Part shown: positions 1-14,300 of the stretch, piece by piece
Position numbering within the stretch: the first letter of the stretch is position 1
Layout: every line of letters starts with the position of its first letter
Assembly (NCBI GenBank): GCA_977016875.1
Contig: CDRNST010000045.1
Coordinates: 930,001-994,000, forward strand
Origin: Pavona decussata
Lineage: Eukaryota
Reading direction: 5' to 3'
Length of the DNA: 64,000 bases
Notes under the pieces: generated by a model
What the model was told of the DNA's origin: nothing
Seen by the model: the letters and a program-made list of their open reading frames with translations, nothing else
The model's database searches: none
Translations under genes and position numbers: made by a program

Positions 1-214
1 AGGCATGGTTTGTATGATCTTATCCCACTTCATTCATCGGCTGGTTATCATACACAACTTTGAATGTAAATATATGAAACATATATTTTGAACTGCGGAT
101 GAAAAATCAAATAGAAGAAAGGTACTCGCAGTTAGTACGCAACTTAAGCAGTTGAGAAAAGAAAGCCTGAAAAAAATTCAGGCCTGAACTTTGTTGGTCA
201 TGTAGTTAAAATTG

Positions 215-356
215 CATCCTCGGAGACCCAGGGGCAGCTAGTCGACAGCAAGGTATTTCCGTTGGCGAAAGTTTACACAACAACGGTTGTTGTTGTAAAC
301 TTTCGCCCACGAAAATCTCTTCCTCCCGACTAGCTGCCCCTGAGTCTTTGACGATG
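215..356. mobile_element. ~140 bp palindromic MITE, probably MULE-type
   Basis: Arms CATCCTCGGAGACCCAGGGGCAGCTAGTCG / CGACTAGCTGCCCCTGAGTCTTTGACGATG. Flanked by a near-perfect 9-bp duplication, TTAAAATTG (206-214) / TCAAAATTG (357-365). Confidence 0.7.
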
Positions 357-731
357 TCAAAATTGATGATACCACAAAAACACAAGAAGCCTGGTCCCGA
401 ACGGCAAGAGGCGGCAGAAGAGAGAGTTAAAAACTGTTAGTGAAAATATTGGAGTAAAACGTTTTCGGAGCTGCCCTAGCAAAAGACATTTTCCTTGGGT
501 AAAAATGATCAAACCAACCAAATTGTCAGATAAGAACTCTATCTGTCTTGCCCTCCAAAGAGCGCGATATTGATAGGTACCTAAATGTAGTTCCGTTGTG
601 CTTATTAATTTTGTTTCTTTTCTTTTATTCCATAAAAACTTCAGTCAATAAGAGCTGAATATGTTATTATCAACTTTTAATATATTGTAACAGAGTTCGT
701 AGCGCTCTAGTACGAGTGAAGGTTTGTTCGG

Positions 732-794
<63 letters not shown>
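732..794. repeat. (TAAA)n microsatellite
   Basis: Uninterrupted TAAA run seen directly. Confidence 0.95.
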
Positions 795-796
<2 letters not shown>

Positions 797-2869
797 AATG
801 AAAAATACTAAAATTGTACTCAGGAATGGACGTAATATAATGTTAAACTTATCGGACTCTGTTATCTTCGTTATCTCGCTCCGGCTCGGTGATCTTTCGT
901 TACATGTTGTCAGTGCATTTTGAACCCGCTTATTTTTTTGAAACCGACGAAGGTCGACGATTTTCGGCCGGAAAGTCTTTTTTCTACGTTTTTGATAAAT
1001 GTTGTGTTTTAAAGTTTTTCTAAGTCAGAGTCTGACACGGTTTAAGATTGTATTAAATAGATGAATAATGCTCTAATACTTACATTTGCCATCACTCAAG
1101 TCTCTTCCGAGTGTAAAATCACGTTATTTTTTATTCTTTCGTATGTGGAAGAGGTTGTTTGATTCGAGATTTACAGCAGCGTATTATCTAAAGCAAAGAG
1201 TAAATAATCGACTATAAGAACATGAGGAAATAATCGTCTTTAGTATAGTTCCACATTAACGAATATCGTTTCTTGGTGCTGACTACTAACTGTAACTTTA
1301 TAAATATAAGTTACGGAAAATTCAAAGTTTCAATCGTTCCTGAATCTTTAATCAAGATACCCAAAATACAAGTTAATACAAGCAGTTGGCAGTGAACACA
1401 CTGCAGTTAATTAATCTTTCCCTATAATCGGCGTTTTGAGTTTGATTGTCCAAGAACAAGTTAAACAGTAAACAACGAAATTATTTTACAATAAACATAA
1501 CATAATCTCTATCCACCGAAATTCAGGTTACAGATATATAATCCAATGCAAAAAACATTCTAAAATTCTAATTGCTATCACCATATATCATTTCAATCAC
1601 TTAGTAATAAAACACCTGTTTTCCATGAATGCCGTGTCTTTAGTTATTAATAAAGTAATTATAAAAAAGTCTCTTAAATTCACCCAGAGATCCTGCTTGT
1701 CTCACATTTTGAGAGACTCGAGACTAGTGAACAGAACAGCACCGCTACAGCGAAAACTCAGTATTATTAAGATAATTAGTTCGTAGAAATGAAACTGAGC
1801 TAGTTCATTTACAGAATCTCGGAAAGTGTACGGAGCGAAGGAGCGAGGATCCAGAGGATCAAGAGAGGCCGCGCTGAGTTCTGAGTTCTGGCCGATTTCC
1901 TGTGTTCATCTCTTTTTATTTTACATTGAAGCTTGTGGGGAAACGGAGGGGGAAGCAAATTACGTGGCTTTAGAGCATGATAGAAAATTAAAACGAACTT
2001 TGGACAGCAGCAAACCTTGCAATCTAACTCTTGACATCCGTTAGCAACTTACCTCTATATTAATCAACCAAATCGAAGCCTTCTCCCTTGTTAAATAGCC
2101 ATTGCCATGATCTATTCCTATATTCTCAGGCGGGTTTCAACTGTACAACTCCTGGACTTGCACTTACGCGCGACCTTCACTATCAGTTCCATGCCTCAAA
2201 CCTTTCAGGTAAATCTTTCATACTGTCCGCTAAAGTTCCAGGCAAAGACTGGTAAACTCTTGGGAAACTTGTGCATGGGCTAACTTTTCGGAGACCAAAT
2301 TTCGTTCCAAATTTAAGTTCTTTCGGTTCGTAAAGCAGCAAACGAAATGTCCGTTAAGATTTTAAAAACCAATTTGAGCTGAGGTGCGCATGGGTGAATA
2401 AATTTTTGGTACAGTTCATCTATCACCAAAATCATGTATAACTATTGTATAAGGAAATATCTTTATATTAGAGCGTGTTTCAGTTCAGTATCGATTAGCA
2501 TAATCTAAAATACTGAGATTTTTGCCACTTACGAAACAATAAAGCTCAATAGGCGAAAAGGCGGCCAGATTTTCTTTGCGTTTTTGAATCAGCACGAATT
2601 AAATTAATAGTAGAAACTCGGACAGCTTGTTCGCCAAAACGCTCACAGGTGCTGAAAGAGTTGAGGGTGAACAGGTTCGAAATTAATAAACATGGACAAC
2701 TTAAAATACGTACCTTCCACTAATGATTTTCAGACCTGACGCCCAAACGGATGTCCATTTTTTTCAGCCTAAATACCAAACCAATGCCCATTTTCAGCAC
2801 TCTCCCATAAATTCCTTGATACCATTTCGAGAGCAAAACAGGTTGAAAACCATTTTCATTGGGAATGTT

Positions 2870-3115
2870 TGATTTATCAACAGAGTTGATAACTAAAGGC
2901 GAGTTGGTCATCGTAAAGAGATTCGAGTTCTGACGTTTAGAGCGTAATCCCTTCGTCCTGAGCGCTAGCCCTTCGCTCTAACGAAGGGACGTCAGGACCG
3001 GGCGAATCTCTTTTAAGGTGGGCAATTTGCCTTCGGTCATCAACTCTGTTGATAAACCAAACATTCGTTTCTATTCCTCACCGACGCAGCAGAGCAATTT
3101 CGTTAGAAATTAACC
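2870..3115. repeat. Penelope-type terminal-repeat remnant with a degenerate minimal hammerhead-ribozyme palindrome
   Basis: Inverted arms TTTATCAACAGAGTTGAT / ATCAACTCTGTTGATAAA around CTGACGTTTAGAGCG..CCCTTCGTC..GCTCTAACGAAGGGACGTCAG. Resembles the CTGACGAAGGG..CGAAACGTCAG motif of Penelope-like elements, with core mutations. Confidence 0.5.
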
Positions 3116-4747
3116 TATTTAATATTCATTTCCACTGGGACCCTACAGGTATACCCCTGGAGCATATATAAGGAGAACCACCCCTGCGCCTACATCACTG
3201 CTGGGTAGCACACTCTTTTTATGTATACATACAAGATGCCCCTTATAACATTTTCGCGGGATGTTTAATGTGGCCTAATGGAATAGTTGAGTCACAAAGA
3301 TAGCGTGATGTTGTTTCCGTATTCCCTTGTGTTACGGTACTTATCGTTACGCCAGAAATTGCATTACGATAACGTAACATCACACACATGGCCTGACTCA
3401 CGTTTTCTATTTCAATAAAAGTGTAAGATCACCTTCAGAAAACAGTACTCAGGATACATCTTAACTTTGGCGGGCTTCGTAATGCTAGCCGCGCGGGTTT
3501 AAGTTGTGCTAGCGGCATTTAGAAAGAGTACTCTTAAAATGCACTAAAGTGATGCATTTTGGAGAAGGGTATGATGGGTGTGGCAGTTTTCATTGTTGTA
3601 CATCCCAGGTGTCCACCACAGTGTAAAGTTAGTGGAACCAGCTTTAAAATAGAGCTTGGTTCATATAGGTTCAAAATATATTTGGTTGTGAGGGTTTACT
3701 AAATTAGTTGACAAGATTCAGCCTTCCAACTATTGGTACCCAGTCAACCCAGATTTACAAAATTTCAGGTATATTGCCCCCTTAACGGTAAGTGCAGAAG
3801 CGCAAATCCGTTCCTCTCACGGGTTTTCAGCCCAAAGCAAAATAACACAATTCAGTTAGATAGGAGAAAGTCGGCTCGAGATCTAACAGAAATCTCCGGT
3901 TGTGTCACTTTTCTGGACGTAAGGACAACCTCACCAGCTATACAAAAATGTCCTGGAAAATTCAGAATTTCTAGTCTGGCGAAAGGAAAACACCTCAGCT
4001 CTTCAACAGTACGACTGCAAGAGTACTGTAAACTCAAGATATCGCGGCAAATTTTGTACGGTACCACAACGTTAAAATGTTTAGCCTCGGACAACCTAGG
4101 ATACTTACGAAAGTTTGAGAAGCAACGCAAGTAAGAATTGCTTTCGACTCTCCATTGAAATCCGCTGAACAGTTTACTAGTAAACGCGAGAAATACTATC
4201 TGCAAGCATACAATAATATGAGCCTTCTAACGGTGGGATACATCCGATGATCAACATATTTGTTTTAATAAAGCGAAGTAGGAAGAGACATATATAATAC
4301 GAGACTCGACAAACGGCGAATAAATATTTTATTGTCAGATTAATTTTTATAATACTTTTGCTACCGGCGGAGATGTCCCACGCATGCGTACTCGAGACAG
4401 GGAATCGCCAGTGATATATTGTAAATCCTTTACAATAGAATTGTACCGTTATTTACAGCTAACGTAAAGACAAAGGAAACATTGAAATCGACCCTTTTGC
4501 ATCCTGTAAATATTTTGCTATCTCGACTAACATTTCCAAAGTAAAGGTGAACCCGTAAACGTGGATTATCCGAAAGCAAAAAGTGAACAAACCCTAGAAT
4601 GTAGGTAGCCTTCCTCCAACCTAGAGCGTTGACTAAGAAGGGAAATAAGCACAAGGAAACACATCACCACTTGAAAACTTGCCTGAACTTTCCCGGCGAA
4701 AATGCTTCCTTTACGCGCCTGCGCGTGCGTACCCTTCTAAGTCAATG

Positions 4748-4863
4748 CAATCCCGTCCCCAGAGTCCATGCGCGCGCGCGTTTTAGGCCAGCGGAGGCCA
4801 CACTACACGAGTCTTGTTTCCTTGATGCCGACCAAAAGGAACTCAATCCCCGGGAACGAGATG
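4748..4863. mobile_element. short MITE
   Basis: Imperfect terminal inverted repeats CAATCCCGTCCCCAG / CCGGGAACGAGATG. Confidence 0.4.
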
Positions 4864-5385
4864 TCAATATACAATATGCTTGCAAAAGAGGTCAATATAT
4901 GAATGGGCCTTATTTAAAACCCGTTGAGCCGAGAAAAAACAACTTCAAGAATCTACAAGAGTTAATTGGAATAAGAAAGAAACGACATGGAAATTCACTA
5001 CAGCTTGCGCTACTAAACGACAACTAACAACATACAGCTCTGAAAGACGCGAAAACAGCAGATAGTTCGCGATATTTTAACGTAAACGTGAATATCACAT
5101 AAATTTAGTTAGTATCTTCCCGTTAAACACGTTACCTCCTGAAGTCAAATATACGTAAATTTGTATGAATTTGGATAAAATGTACGAAGTCTGACCATTC
5201 AAACGGACAGTACTTTCACAATGAAATTTAAGATATATTTAAATTTTGAACTATTTGGAGGGAGACAGTTTATAAGCAGTTCGGTTTCCAATATTTTTTA
5301 AAGATATAAAGAGCAAATGGCTGACGTCGTGAATTTTCCAACAACCACCGTAAATTTTCGGTGGGCCCCGGACAAACGACGTCAG

Positions 5386-8300
5386 CTAAAGCAGATGACG
5401 ATGAGCAAGAATCTCAGCTGCCGTCAACGGTCGGGCATCTTCGGAGATCCGTCGTATTGGCGGTTGCGTGAGGCTTTCGCGTGTGAGCGTGACTCTGGGC
5501 TCCTTGCTTGTCACGGTATCACGATATTTGGTTAAACGGAGTTCAAGTTCTGGAGGTCTTAGCCTCGACGAATTCTCAAGTGGCCCTTTGCTCTCCATCG
5601 ACGACTCTTCGTCGATATCTGGAACAACTTGAGCGGGTTCACTTATTGTAGTTGACAAATACCTGTCGAGTAGCGAAGAAAAGAAGCAAAGTAAGCTAGT
5701 AATGTAATTTATATAATAAAGCATACTGGGTTGGCTAGGGTGTGTGTACCATGGGGGTGGGGTATGAGTCTAGTCTGAATGGAGAAAGGGGGGAAGTACT
5801 TAGAAAGACCCAGTAAAATTCCGAATAGAAAACCCCAGCCCTGAACATAGATGTTGTGGTTCAATTTTATCCTTGGTTTTAATTTTATTTTCCATTGTTT
5901 TAAATCATTATCATGCATTACCTGATTATCATACCCAAGAACAATAGGAAGATAAAATTTAAACCAAGGATAAATCTGAACCACAACATGGGCGTAAAGA
6001 TCCTTTCGTCATTAGCTGTTACCTAAATGCAATAATACCCCCCCCCCCCACAACGTCCTTTGCACGAGGCTTATTTTCGAAATAAACGGTATTCAAATTC
6101 TATTAACATTAATTCTATTATTCATTAAAATTTGGGGATGGGTCCTGTGTTCCAATCTATACCCCACCCCCGACTTAAAATGGGGCTATAAAGCAACAAG
6201 CAAACGTAAGCGTTACTTTTCTCCTCTAGGCTACTTGTAGATGCATCTACCCACACTTTTTTCCCTGGGTGGGTGGGTGGGTGGGTAAAGCTACACTTAG
6301 GTTATTCTCCTTTGGAAGGGATACTGGTGCACTGCAGGATTACCGCCAACGTGTTGTTTGAAACAGTATCTACGCACCTGTTTATACACCTGCACGGGAA
6401 AGACAATACGGCGCAAAGTTCGCTGTTTACGATAGCTGGGATTTACTACATCCTAGAAGATTTTCTTGCACTGTTTCATGTGTTTCTCGAACCACTGTAC
6501 AGAAAAAGATGGTGACTGCTACATTAAGCCATAATTCTATAAACTTCCAATCTAGCATACACAATGTTGTTAGTAGAGAAACGAATTTCGCAAAAAATAT
6601 GGATTTGTGTGTGTCTATAGGTCCTGTAAGGTTCACAAAGTATTGTGGTAAAATGTGCAGCCGCCATCTTTTCTATACTGTGGATTGAATTGTGATTTAT
6701 GAGTATGGAAACGCAAGCAAGAAAATCCTCTGGAATGCTGGGAACAGTTGGGGAAACTCCCACCATGAAACCGGGGACCAGGGCTTACGTGAGCCAATGA
6801 TATTTAAATCCCAAAGTGTTTTGCTACTCACCATGCTGTCATGGTGTTTCTCAGGAAATCAAGCACGCCAGATGCAGTGAGTCTCTTCTGCGGGTCCAAC
6901 ATCAGCAGCAGCCCAATCAGGGATTTAGTGTTATCTGACACGCGACCATCACTACATGAAACATCCAGTGAGAAAATTTTGATTAAAACCATTCAATAGT
7001 GTGTACAAGCAACTCAGGTAGATCACATTTAGTGTCCAAGAGTACAGTGGGTCAAAAAATGTCCAAGACTACAGTGTAAGAAAATTTTGATTAAAACCAT
7101 TCAACAGTGTGTGCAAGCAACTCAGGTAGATCACATTTAGTGTCCAAGAGTACAGTGCTTAATATACGGTTTCCCTCCCCTTCCTCTACAAAGTGAATAA
7201 CAGAAGTCAACAACTGAGGGGTACTGGATGCACAAAGAAACCGGCACTAGTTTAGGACATTGTAACTGTAAATAAATGCATAACTGCTAACATTGGACAT
7301 TAACAAGTGAAATCCTTCAACATCTGACATTAGCAACCGGCCCCTAGTTGAAGTGACTGTTACCCAAATGGTAGTTCTTTCCAGCCAACAATTAATTCCT
7401 CTTTAGCCAGTGAATTTGCCATTGAAAGGAAGCTACCCTAGATGACAAAGGCATTCCTCATGTGCAACTTGTTTTTCTTTCAAGTATATTTTGTTATATT
7501 TGCGTTATAGAAGAAGGTAAGACAAACATACTTTGGCAACAGAAACTCTGCAGTCTTAATCTTTCTGAATAGCTCATGTGGTATGCTGTCGTAGAAAGGA
7601 AATTGACCATATAACATAGTGTAGAGAACAACTCCAAGAGCCCACATGTCGCTAGCCTTCCCTGAATATGGTGCTCCTGCAAAAAAAAAAAAGGATAAGA
7701 TAATTATTACTAAATTTGGTATGGTCGACTTAAACCTGACTCTCCCCTCCCCTGCTACAGTTAACTCTTTGAGCTCCAATAGTGACCAGCATCTAAATAC
7801 TCCTTACAACATCTCAACATGATAAGGAATCCAGGTCATGGGAATGATCACCAAATGCAAAAAGTCTTGATCTTCAACATAAATGCCTTTCTTATTGCTT
7901 GTCTTATGTATTCCTACCTAGCCACCTCTTTCCTAATACTTTCGACAATCTCTTCACTCAAACCAACAAACACATATGTACTATATGTGTAATGCCATAA
8001 GTTATCGTCCATATCACTGCAGAACTAACATTAAACAGATTACAATCCTCGACCTAAGATTTGGAATTCCCTGCCTCATGACTTGAGTACATCCCCCAGC
8101 TGTTCTAGTTTTAAGATTTTGCTGTTCAAATTTATCGAGACAAATGGATAACCAGCCATGTTGACGATGGGCTGGCCTGATGTGATGAACTGTTCCATTG
8201 CCTGCTCTACCATCCGGGTGGGTTGTATCCAGCTAAAGATTATTAAGAAGCACATGCTGCTTGCTGGCCACACTTTGGACAACACGTCATTCGGGAGTTG

Positions 8301-11300
8301 TCTGCTTCTTTCTTTCACTCGCAAGAGGGTAGACTTTTTTGTCTCTTTGAAAGGGGGAACCCAAGCATTTCATGACAATGACTTAGTGAGAACAAAATAG
8401 ATGAAGGGTAAAGGGTACAGGGTTTCAAAATAATACTTCTGCAGAAACTGTCTTGCATGTCTATATATCAGAAGGACTATTAAGAAACCAATATTTGATC
8501 AATGTAATAACTGACAACTCAAGGTTTAAAAGTCACAACATTTTTAAAAAGTAAAAACTCACCACTCAAGACATCTGGACTGATATACGCTGGGCTTCCT
8601 CTTTGGTCTTTCAACAAATCATTGTCTCTTATTAGGTGTTTACCCAAGCAAAAATTGGTGATTGTTATTCTTTTTGTCCTAAAAAGGTCAAATGCAACAC
8701 TTAATTAAGAAGAAAGAAAAACTTAGAATGTTCGCAAAAATTATTTTTGTGAACATTTTTCTATTGTTACACATCCATATGGTACCGGTATTTGTAAACT
8801 TATTTTACTAAAATTAAGGTAGTGCTCCAATTTTTGCTTTTTGTTTCTTTTTCAGTACCATCCTGAAAAAGGTAGCCCTCAGGGTTGCATCCTGCTTTGT
8901 AATTATTATGGATGGCCAAGCACTTAACGCACCTGCAGACTTGTAATCTGGAAGTCCCAGGCTCAACTTGCCCTCTAGCTGCTAGCTGGAGTTGTTCTCA
9001 GTAGCCCCAAGTTCAACTCCTCAGCTGCGATTGCAAATAGCCAACTGTCCTGGCTTCTGCCAGTTGGGATTTTTATGTAACCTGTTCGGTTGTATTTGGA
9101 TTATTTGTTTTCCATAATTTGAATGGAGTGCCTGAAAACTAGCTTGGTATAGCTAAGTGCACCTCCACTACAATCAAAGGATTTACATTATTGTAATTTT
9201 TTTCACACAAGTTATGTCTTGTTCCAAAATTGAATTATTTACCTTCTGTTTAGAACAATGTTCCCAAGTTTTAAGTCTCTGTGAACAATGTTCCTCTGCA
9301 AAAGAAGAAATATATAATAATATACATTAAATTATAGATTTCAACATTTTGGTTTTAACACCTAGGGAGTTTTTATTGAGAACTGAGTTCTTTGTGGATG
9401 GTCTGAATAAATGTAAAAAATTAGTGTTATAAATATATAAAAGAATGCTAACAATTGACTTATAATATAATAATCAACCTACATTTTGCATATTCATTTA
9501 TACAAATCTGACCTGGGGCCTTACAAAGTCTTTCTTCCCTCTCATCGTAACCATATCATAATTAAAGTATGATTCTCTACAGGAGAAGTTTTGCTGTAAA
9601 CCAGGGGTGGAAAATTTGAGTCACATTAATGAAAGAGACGATTGCAGTACACCATTTTTCTCCCAGCAAAAACAAGAAAAGTCAAGTCTCCCCGCCTTTT
9701 TATTTTTCTAACTTTCCCTGATAATTTTATTTATGTACATCCTGCCCACACACATCTTGTTTGCAGCTTTGAAAACAGAACAAGAAAAAAATAATAATAA
9801 TAAAAAAAAAATAAAATAAACTAAATAATGAAGGGGGGGGGGGGGAAGGGAGAGCATCGGGGACATCTTTTCAAATTATTTTGAACAGGGATATCTGGCA
9901 CAGAGAAACAAACTACAATTATTGGAAAACAAAATTAGTTTTCAGGATCTAAGAAATAAATTATTTAAATGAAGCGATACAATTAACTTTTGATTCCTTT
10001 GCCTTATCATTTTCAAATGACAGAATCAGGAAACAAATTGTTTTCAGTCTCAAACTTTAATCATACTTCCAAATGCTTAAATTTCCTGTTTTTCAGGTAA
10101 ACATGACAAAAACCTAAGCTTACACTCTCCTTTTGTCACTCCCACTAAAATGTCAAAATGTTTACTCTCCTTCAAGTTAAAGCCCAAAATTTATACTCTT
10201 TGGCCGGGTAGAACATAACTAAAAAGTTTATTCAAAGGAAAGTACTCCTTTTCTGTATGAAGAGGGTGTATGTAACAATATTTTGAACTTAACCTACTAC
10301 ACTTAAATCCTCCTTCCTGTAAACAGTATCTTGTTATGGATTGATAGGCAAATGGCTGTGCCCACTCACAGAATACAGACTAGCTATCATCAAATACGCG
10401 CCCATCTAAATCCTTGTCAATGACGGCTGTCAAGTATTACAGTAATTTAAACTCTGTAAAGCATTAGCCATTATTCATCCTTTCAGTCATGCAATTTACA
10501 TGTATATTCAACAAGTCCTGCTTCTCCTGATATTTTAATGCAACCTTTAATTTATTGGTTACAAATTTATCAGTTCACCTACTACACTTAAACCCTCCTT
10601 CCTGTAAACAGTATCTTGTCAAGGATTGATAGGCAAATGGCTGTGCCCACTCATAGAGTACAGACTATCATCAAATACGTCCCCATCTAAATCCTTGTCA
10701 ATGAGGGTTGCCAAGTATTACAGTAATTTAAACTCTGTAAAGCATGAGCCATTATTCATCCTTTCAGTTATGCAAATTTATATTCAAGTTTCTCCTGATA
10801 TTTTAATGCAACCTTCATTGGTTAATAAGTTTATCAGTTCATTGAACAGATTGACAATTGAACAATCTGATTTTAAAGTGACTGGATTAGACAACAAAAA
10901 CAACAATTTATTTACAGATTCAGATTATATAAAGGGCTTGTCCAGCAAATAGCCACAAAGCTAGTCGAGACGGGACAAGACGAACACGAGAACATAATGG
11001 AAAAAAAATTACAGTAAATAACAAACATGCTGGAAAATGGAAAACTTAACTTTACATAATAATGCAGATTTAGATAAGGCTATACATCAAAATTAAAGTA
11101 AATTATATGTAATTTTTTATTATCAGACAACAATGATTGCTTATGAGAAAGGAGAACAAAAGCACCCAGGATATCAATAAGCACTCCAGAACACATGCAA
11201 CCTTAACCCAAACAATGTTTTCTAGTGTGTGGGAGTATTAACCCACTGAAAGGAAACTCACATGTACAGATTTCCTAATTTCAAGTATGTGAATTATATA

Positions 11301-14300
11301 TAAGCTTTTTTGCCCACGTAAGTGAATTTTGGTTAACATTCAAGTGTAAGAATTTTAGTTAACAGAGGATGTTATAAAATACACGTCTAGCGCCCAAAGG
11401 AAAAAATCCCATGATTGGAATACCTTAGTACAGAGATGGAAATCAACACCCACCTGAAAGATTATCTTGTTTAAATTACAACAGAACCCAGTCGCAACCG
11501 AAATGAAAAATGTTACTAGACTAAGTCGATAATCCAAAAGTTTAAATTTAAAAGGGGACTTGAATTGAAAGATTTTTAATATGCCTAATCATCTGTGAAA
11601 AAAAAAATCTAACCATTTAATTTTTTGAACCCTCACAATTTCCTGTATTTCAGATAAAACTTGGCAAAAACCTTTAGTTAGTTACACTCTTCTTATTTCA
11701 CTCACACTAAAATATCAAAATATACAGTATACTTCGAGAAAAGGGCTGCAAAATAATACTCGTTGGGGCTGAACATAACTAAATAGTTTATTCAAAGGAA
11801 AGCACTCCTCTTCTGTATGAAGAGGGTATACAAGTATGTAACAATATTTTGAACTTAATCTACTCCACTTAAATCCTCCCTCCTGTAAACAGTATCTTGT
11901 TAAGGATTGATAGGCAAATGGCTGTGCCCACTCACAGAATACAGACGAGCTATCATCAAATACACCCCCATCTAAATCCTTGTCAATGACGGCTGTCAAG
12001 TATTACAGTAATTTAAACTCTGTAAAGCATTAGCCATTACTCATCCTTTCAGTCATGCAAATTTATATTCAAGGAGTCCTGCTTCTCCTGATATTTTAAT
12101 GCGACCTTTATTGGTTAATTAACTAATCAGTTCATTGAACAGAGCAACGATTGAACAATCTGATTTTAATTAAAGTGACTGGATTAGACAAAAATGATTG
12201 TTTACAAAAAAGGGTAAAAAAAAAAAAAAAAAGAAAAAAAAAAAAAGAAAAAGTGCCCAGGATGTCAATAAGTGCTCTGTGTACAACCCGTGTCTTTGAA
12301 CCTCAAGAATGCAAGCAACCTAAGTAACCCCAACAATGTTTTCTTTATTGTACTAGTGTGTGGGAGGAAACCTATTGAAAGGAAACTCACACAGATTTCC
12401 TCATTGCAAGTACGTGATCTTATTATAATATGATCAGCATTTTCGTCCACGTAAGTGAATTTTGGTAAAGTGTTCAGGTATTTAGGATTCTGGTTAATGG
12501 AGGATGTTATAAAATACTAGCACCCAAGGAAGAAATTTTGCGATTAGAATAACGTAACATTAAAGGCTACATATTAAAGACACGGAAATTGACAACCCAT
12601 GTGAAATATTATCTTGCTGAAATTACAAGTGAACCCAGTCACAACCTTAAAAGAAAAAAAATGTTACAGGACTTTTAAGTTGATAATCCAAAAGTTTAAA
12701 TTTAAAAGGGGACTTGAAATGAAATATTTTTAATATGCCTTCATCTGTGAAACAAACTCTAACCATATAATTTCTCAAACCCTCAAAATTTCCTGTTTGT
12801 CAGATAAAACTTGGCAGAAACCTTAGTTACACTCTTCTTATTTCACTCACACTAAAATATCAAGATATACAGTATACTTCAAGAAAAGGGCTGCAAAATA
12901 ATACTTGCTGGGTCTGAACATAACTAAATAGCTTCTTCAAAGGAAAGTACTCCTCTTCTGTATGAAGAGGGTATATGTAACAATATTTTGAACTTAACCT
13001 ACTACACTTAAATCCTCCTTCCTGTAAACAGTTTCTTGTTAAGGATTGATAGGTAAATGGCTGTGCCCACTCAGAGTACACTATCATCAAATATGCCCCC
13101 ATCTAGTAAATCCTTGTCAATGACGGTTGTCAAGTATTACATTAGTTTAAACTCTGTATAGCATTAGCCATTATTCATCCTTTCAGTCATGCAAATTTAT
13201 ATTCAACAAGTCCTCCTTCTCCTGATATTTTAATGCAACCTTCATTGGTTAATAAATTTATCAGTTCATTGAACAGGTGGACAATTGAATAATCTGATTT
13301 AAAAGTGACTGGATTAGACAACAACGATTGTTTATGAGAAATGAGAATAAAAGCACCCATGCAGGATGTCAATTAGTGCCATGTGTACAACCCACATCTT
13401 TGAACCTCTAGAACAAGCAACCTTAACCCTAACGATGTTTTCTAGTGTGTGGGAGTAAACCTATTGAAAGGAAACTCACACAGATTTCCTAATTGCAAGT
13501 ACGTGATCATATTATAATACGAGCATTCTGTTCCACGTAAGTGATTTTTGGTAAAATGTTAATAAAGGATGTTATAAAATACTAGCACCCAAGGAAGAAA
13601 TTCTGTGATTGGAATAATGTAACATCAAAGGTTACATATCAAAGACACAGAAATTGACCACCCACATGAAATATTATCTTGCTGAAATTACAAGTGAACC
13701 CAGAACTAAGTTGATAATCCGAAAGTTTAAATTTAAAAGGGGACTTGAAATGAAATATTTTTAATATGCCTTCATCTGTGAAACAAACTCTAACCATATA
13801 ATTTTTCAAACCCTCAAAATTTCCTGTTTTTCAGATAAAACTTGGCAAAAACCTAATTAAGTTACATCTACACTCTTCTTATTTCACTCACACTAAAATA
13901 TCAAGATATACAGTATACTTCAAGAAAAGGGCTGCAAAATAATACTCACTGGGTCTGAACATAACTAAATAGCTTCTTGAAAGGAAAGTACTCCTCTTCT
14001 GTATGAAGAGGGTATATGTAACAATATTTTAAACTTGACCTACTCTTAAACCCTCTTTCCTGTAAACAGTATCTTGTTAATTTTACGCAAATGGCTGTGC
14101 CCACTCACAGAATACAGTATCATGAAATTAAATACGCCCCCATCTAAATCCTTGTCAATGGCGAGTGCCAAGGATTACAGTAATTTAAACTCAGTAAAGC
14201 ATTAGCCATTATTCATCCTTTCAGTCATGCAAATTTATATTCAACAAGTCCTCCTTCTCCTGATATTTTAATGCAACCTTCATTGGTTAATAAATTTATC

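Noticed and set aside
2052-2130. EF-hand-like peptide DHGNGYLTREK on the minus strand ending at a donor site
   Set aside because: In-frame stop just upstream, no convincing acceptor and an incomplete EF-hand consensus.
3733-5027. ORFs of 117-133 aa downstream of STK40
   Set aside because: No recognisable domain, overlapping on opposite strands, and one runs through a MITE; likely chance ORFs in CpG-rich DNA.
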